Positions 58,048 through 64,000 of a stretch of DNA of 64,000 nt are shown here, piece after piece. Origin of the DNA: a virus (lineage: Duplodnaviria; Caudoviricetes); the IMG/VR virus record IMGVR_UViG_3300026522_000023, positions 1-64,000 of that record; one strand, given 5' to 3'. The notes beneath the pieces were generated by a model. The model saw only the letters and a list, made by a program, of their open reading frames with translations. It was not told where the DNA came from and ran no database searches. Made by a program: the position numbers and the translations under genes. How positions within the stretch are numbered: the first letter of the stretch is position 1; each line of letters starts with the position of its first letter.

Positions 58048-60363
58048 TTAATATACTTTTGATATAGCTTTGGTGGCACTAATAGACATTGTTCCATTAT
58101 AACTTAATGGAATAGTTAATTTATTAACTAAATATTCTCCTTCTACGCCACTTTTTTTATCTTCAATATAAATTCTAGTATTTGGTTCTAAATAATAAAC
58201 TGGTAAAGTAGTTATTGTACTACTTTCAGTACAATAAGCAGTTGTCTATAATAAATCTTCCATTTCATCAATGGCACTTTTACCCATAGAACTAATACTA
58301 AAATAATTATCATAATTTTTAGAGACATTTACCCAAACATATCCAGTTTCTTGAGGATAATTATTTTCAACAATTCGATCATAATCTCCTTGATTTAAAA
58401 ATAACACTTCAGGTACATCTCTATAACTTATAACTTTTATATTAGTATCATTAACTGCTTTTGTTCTATCACCAATTAACTTTATTGAATACTTGCTAAT
58501 ATCACTATTTTCTTCTCCAATAAAATCAAACCAAAAATCTAAATTTTCTGGATATTGCTTAACATTATCATAGAATGTACGATGTTCAAAATCATAAATC
58601 TAACGCCAAAATGAAAAAATATCAGCATAATATGTTTCATATCCAGTTACTCCAGAAGGATAGAGAGTAGGGTTAGCGGCTGCTACTTTATGGAGAAAAT
58701 CATCACCATAATTATATTGATAATAATCAACAGCCATACGATATATAATTTCGCGCCAATCACAATAAATTATACCTGCCGGGTCTCCATCTTCAGGATA
58801 AGCTTTAAATGTTTGCTATTTTAGCTATAAATTCATTGTTTGAAATATTTCATTATTATAAGTTAAAGTTTTATATCTATTAATATCATCTTGAGTAACT
58901 ATAATAGTTGTATATTGAACAGGCTTTGTATCAATAGCATAACGCATATGAATTGGAAGCTCTTCTCCGCTCGCGGATTTGCGCTATCCCCAAATTGAAA
59001 AATCATTTCTTAATATATTAATCTAAGGATTATTAGCGAACTAAGTTACTATCTAACTATCCTTAAATGAATAAGTATAAGAAGAAGAATAAACTGCCGG
59101 TTTAATATAACTCTCTCCCTCTGATTTTTTAACTATGTTATTCCATGATTTAAAATCATAAAATTTTTTGCGCTAAAAAATAAACCTACCATCAATATCA
59201 TAAAAATATTCAAAACAACTTAACATATTTTTAATTTTGTCTAAGACTGATGTTAAAGTATCACCAACATTAGTTATTAAATCTCCAGCATATACTAAAT
59301 CACAAATTCGATAACCGACTGGTTCTCCATACGATTTTTTAGCAATAGTATAAACTGTGGGATTAGGCGTATCTAAAGATAAAATAATTCTAGTTGGCTA
59401 ATTTTCTTCTCCTAATAACTTATAAGAATCTAGCTAATCAAATATAATCTATTCAAGAGGAATTGGTCCATGACTTATTTCTTCATATAAATTAGGAAGA
59501 TTATCTCCAATTACTACATTCACTACACGACCTGTCTCAGTATCTCTAAAGAAATACATATCAGCATCACATTTATTTTGTAATAATTCATAACCATATT
59601 CATCTAAATCATTAATAACAATATTAGATTCTAATTCTTTACCATAAACCATCAAGGCTTTTTTAATAATAGTCTTAATAGGTACTTTAACTAAATCTAA
59701 AATACGTTCACGATAATAATAAGTTCTATTTTCTGTTTTAATTTCATTTTCGTCTAAAACATAATATATTTTCTCATTGCCATTAGTAGCAATATAATAA
59801 TTATTATACTTTTTTGCTTCTTCTTCACTATTCACTCTAAAACAGTAATGTCCAGCATCATAGTTAAAATCATTATCTTGAACAATATAATTATATTTAA
59901 TAACTTCTTCCTAACCAAAGTCAATAGAAGCAGGTAAACTTCCTCCAAGGTCACCATTTAATAAACACATTTTATCTTTACCTTGAATAGAAATTGTATA
60001 ATTACTAGCGCTTTGAGAAGTATTAAAAGAAGTTATTAAATAAATACCTTCATTAAACCAAATAATATCAGGATAATTTGAATCAATAGTATTTTTTAAA
60101 CCAACAGCAAGATTAAATTTAGATTTTAGTCCCCACATATATTGCTTATATAACTAATCATTCGTTACCATAGTTAAAGAACAAGATCTGCGGACAGCAG
60201 ATGACCCATCAATATTAATAGATCCAGTCGTTATCTTGCCTTCAATCGTTTCTATTGGTAATTCATCAAAAGTCATTAACTCAATACGTGCATAAACTTC
60301 ACGCTCATGGAGACTATCTAATTTTCTTAAAAATTCTTTATCAAGATTCTATTGATGTCTCAT
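58048..60363 (-). CDS. Putative tail tip/baseplate hub-like protein (771 aa)
   Basis: IEGKITTGSINIDGSSAVRRSCSL, IQGKDKMCLLNG, EYFYDIDG, PVYYLEPNTRI. Confidence 0.65.
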
Positions 60364-63220
60364 AATTATTTATAGCCTCTTTCAAATATTTAATAAATAA
60401 ATTATATTTATTATTTACATCAGCTTGCTTAGTTTTTATCATATCATTATAAGTTCTTAACTATGATTCATACAGAGAAGCATTGATTGAATTTGGAGTA
60501 AATGGTAACATATAGACTCCATCATCTGAATTATCATCTTCTCCGCGCTTTAGTCCCTGATATACCTATAAATCATTATAAGCTTTTTGCCATTCAGCTT
60601 TTAACTAATAAATAGTCTTTTCAACATAAGTGTTTCCAGTAAAAACTTTATATTTAGTACTATTATCGTTTTCAAAAGAAAATACTTTCTCTTGACGTTG
60701 AATAGATAATTCACATAAAATCCCAGGATCAATTTCTACTGAAGTAATATCACTTAAATCAGTAACGAAATATTCATTTTTATGAGTAATATCAATTAAT
60801 TCTTTATCATTATTATTAAAACGAATTTTATAATCCCATTCATCTTCTGTAACTAATCGGCCATTATAAGTGATTGGCTTCTAAGTATTACCATCATAAA
60901 AATAAGGCACAGAATCAGTAGGAGGATTATTCATTTCTGTTGATAAATTATAAACCTTATAAATTAAAGATCTATCAAAAGAAGTTAATAAATCATTTGA
61001 TTTTTGTTCACGAGCGCCACCAGGAGATAAATAGAATTTCTTTCCATCTAAAGTATAAATAGTCTATAATTCTCGTTTGGTAAAATGCATAAAATAAATC
61101 TTTAATACAGTATATTTTAAGTCATCCTAATACTAATCTAAAATATTGCCGCCATCCACACTATAGCATTGCTCTAATGGTAAATCAGCGATTTTAACAT
61201 CTTCTATAATATCAAATTTGCTTTCTTGAGTTCCCATAAATGAATACTCAATAGTTCCTTGCTAAATACCCTAATCAGAAATGTTTACAATTTCTAATGT
61301 ATACACTGGCATTGAATGGTCAATTAAATAAGCACCAGTAACACCAATAACTACTTCTTCATTATTAATTTTAAATTTGTCTCCTGCGCTAAATCCTTGT
61401 AAGCGCAATGTTATCGCAGGCCCATTAAAGATTAAATTTTCTGTATATAATCTTTTATGAGTGGGATTTAATGAATCATTTTCTACTTTACAAAATGGAT
61501 AAGTAGCTAGTAATGATTCAATATTAACCTCTAATTCTCTTTTAGTTTGATTTAACTTATTAATAGATTCAATATTTGTTTCCGTTGTTAATCTATCAAT
61601 ACAATCATTATAACTTTTAAGGCAACTATTTAATTTATAAATCCCATAAAGAGATAAACTATTCCATTTAAGAATTTCACTATTAGGTTCATCAGCATCA
61701 ACAAATCCATAAGAATTAAGATTATCAAAAGTAACCTTATCAATCTCATAAGCTGTTCCTTTAAATGAATGTAACATACGTCCTAATGTATCTTGCGGAG
61801 TTAATGTAACATTTAAAAGTCTAACAATAAAATTACCTTCTGCCGGAGATTTAAATAATTTAGGCTTTCCGTTAGTTAAAAATTCTAAAACTTTAGTTTT
61901 AAATTGACGCTCTATATTATAATTATAATCTGTTAAATCAGTGCTAGTAAAATCCTTTATTTCATCATTTCCTAATTTATTTATAAATAAATGACTTTCA
62001 TCTTGTAAATAAGAAATTAGCCCACCAATAGGAAATTCATGATAATAAGTATTTCCATTACGGAAAATATAAGGATATTGACTTCCTATAGTATCCATTT
62101 TAGTTTCTAAAGTATTAATTTTAAAACTTTCTACTTTAGGATTAAATCTAATTTTTAACAATCTACCATTTTCATATAAAAAGCTATCTTCAAATATACT
62201 ATAAATTATATTAGATAAAATTTTATTTGAACGCAAAGAAGTTGCATCACTATACTATTGAATAGCATACTGATAAGAAAATCCATGCTCAACAGTAAAG
62301 TCTTTATATAATACACGACTAGGCGCTTCACCAGTTAATTTAAATTTAAGAATAGGATTCCAAGAACTATAGTTATCTTCACTACTAGCTCTTAAAAGAA
62401 TAAAAGCTCCAGTAGCAGGAATCTCTGATTTAGTAGCAGCATCTTTAATACCTTTTAAATTAATTTGCGCAAATCCATTATTTTCATCCATAACTGCTTG
62501 TAAAGTAGCACGAATTTCAGGGTCAATCGTTTCTCTATTAATAATACGATATTCAGGACTGGCGGCTTCATAATTATTAATTGTAGTAACTTTATACTAA
62601 ATATAATAATTCTTACCTTTAATTAATTCTTTATTTAACTCAAAACTATCATATGACTCATATAACTGTTCATCGTTGATAGTGTTATGTAGCTATTCTC
62701 CAGAAGTAGCAAATATATTGTGGTATTCATCATATACAATAAATTGATAAGAATAAACTCTTTCAGTTACATCACCATTATATTGACTATAATGACCAAT
62801 AAAATTAGTTTTATTAATACCAATACCACCTGGCTCCAATCCTTCAATTTCTACTTTTGGATCTGTAGTATATTTAGTAATACCAACTGTAGAATAATAT
62901 CCTATAACTTTATTATTATCAATATAAGCTAATTGAACCTTATAAGACTACCCTAAATTTAATTGAAAAGCATTGCCATTAATTTGCTTAAACTTTAATT
63001 GGAAAGTAATTGAGCCACTATTAATAGCATCTTGCGCTTGAGATGAAATAATCTAACCTTGCGCAATTACTACATTACTTTGTATAGTTTTAAATATATA
63101 AGCGAATCCACTAACTTCTGCCGCACTTACAGTTTGATTCATCTGGAACGGAATAGTTAATTCCGTTCCAGTAAATGCAGGTAGCGTTCCACTTATATAA
63201 GGCGGATATAATTTATTCAT
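60341..63220 (-). CDS. Putative structural (tail) protein (959 aa)
   Basis: MNKLYPPYISGTLPAF; DFTVEHG..YQY; WL/FL TNGKPKLFKSPAEGNFIVRL; frame consistent across track fragments. Confidence 0.65.
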
Positions 63221-63223
63221 AAA

Positions 63224-63385
63224 TTATTCCTCCTCTTGTTTTTGTTGTGTATTATTCTAACGATAAATGAATTCTTTTAAACTTTTAATGCATTCTCCCA
63301 TTAAAATAGTATCTTCACCTTTCGTAGAAATACAAATTAATGTGTTATATAAAGCATTTAAATAATTTAAATCCTCTTTATTCAT
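63224..63385 (-). CDS. Small hypothetical protein (53 aa)
   Basis: AAGGAGG RBS; LYNTLICISTKGEDTILMGEC. Confidence 0.65.
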
Positions 63386-64000
63386 TAGTTTTTTTCCTCC
63401 TTTAACTCTTTCACTTGAAGCTTTAATTCTTCAATCTCTTTCATTAAATCTTGTGTGACTGCAATATTTAATGTAAATAAACTATTATAATTTAATGATA
63501 ATAATTGTTTTTCATCTTTTTTTATTAAACTATTATCATTTAAATTATTTTCCTGTAAAATATTCTCAATATCCTAAGCAATAAAACCTAAATAAGTTCT
63601 ATCAGATAATTTATATTTATAACTAACAGGTTTTAATTCACTAAATAATTTTTTATAATCATTAATATGATTATAACTAATATTAGTTTTTAATCGTTTA
63701 TCAGATTTTACACTAATTTCTTCGCTAGAGAAACACCCTGAACCTGTTACATAAATCTAATTACCATAATAATAAATAGAAGCACCACTATTAGAAGCAG
63801 CAACATATCCTCCATTAGCAGCATACATCTAAATACCTCTTGTACTTCCTGCTCCGCTACTACCTACATAAGAATACTCAATTCCACCATAGCCGCTACG
63901 ATAAGAATCTAATTTTGAAGCTAAACCATTAATTGCACTCTATGCCTAAGAAGCAGCACTCTATGCCTATTGAGCTGCACTAGCAGCAGCATTAGCAGCC
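63385..64000 (-). CDS. Tail spike/fibre C-terminus with an intramolecular chaperone (peptidase S74), 5' partial
   Basis: SDKRLKTNI...LKPVSYKY...GFIAQDI...LNY...coiled coil. Confidence 0.85.

Noticed and set aside
728-62932. Short antisense or alternate-frame track ORFs (e.g. 728-946, 948-1178, 4407-4604, 5277-5537, 16164-16430, 31182-31496, 38515-38718, 56243-56479, 62720-62932)
   Set aside because: Shadows of well-supported genes, with no RBS or motifs
1-64000. Mass pseudogenisation suggested by fragmented ORFs
   Set aside because: Breaks are in-frame TAGs at Gln positions, and genes are intact under code 15 (the helicase insert is the one exception seen)
41872-64000. Diversity-generating retroelement acting on tail fibres
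   Set aside because: No reverse transcriptase and no adenine-variable repeat pair noticed in this window

Overview
A 64-kb slice of a large, very AT-rich tailed dsDNA phage genome. The host is probably a gut Bacillota/Clostridia species (inference from strong AGGAGG Shine-Dalgarno sites, SigA-type promoters and Firmicutes-type lysin and holins). The genome uses an alternative genetic code with TAG read as Gln (code 15), so the supplied ORF track is heavily fragmented; read this way the window is densely coding. Plus strand, 1-37.6 kb: phoH, a CHAP/amidase endolysin with a holin-like gene, then a replication and nucleotide-metabolism block (gyrB, RNase HI, gyrA, ATP-dependent ligase, thyX, SSB, Sak4-like ATPase, dnaB, primase, recJ, RecD/Dda helicase, dnaE, gmk, nrdD/nrdG, dut, ruvC). 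Three related group I introns, each with a GIY-YIG homing endonuclease, interrupt gyrB, dnaB and a membrane-anchored coiled-coil protein that itself carries a GIY-YIG domain. Two free-standing Zn-ribbon/PD-(D/E)XK endonuclease genes are also present. Minus strand, 37.6-64 kb: a six-gene cassette of unknown function facing a degenerate LytTR regulator (plus strand), a holin, and tail/baseplate genes including a ~2590-aa protein with a CotH-kinase-like domain. Notable oddities are a 5-nt stop-containing insert in the helicase Walker A, RBS-occluding hairpins and a second promoter class ahead of nuclease and late genes, a displaced ligase C-terminus, a MuF-like gene inside the nrdD-nrdG operon, and genes flanked by short direct repeats. 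All calls come from manual reading; no database search was run.
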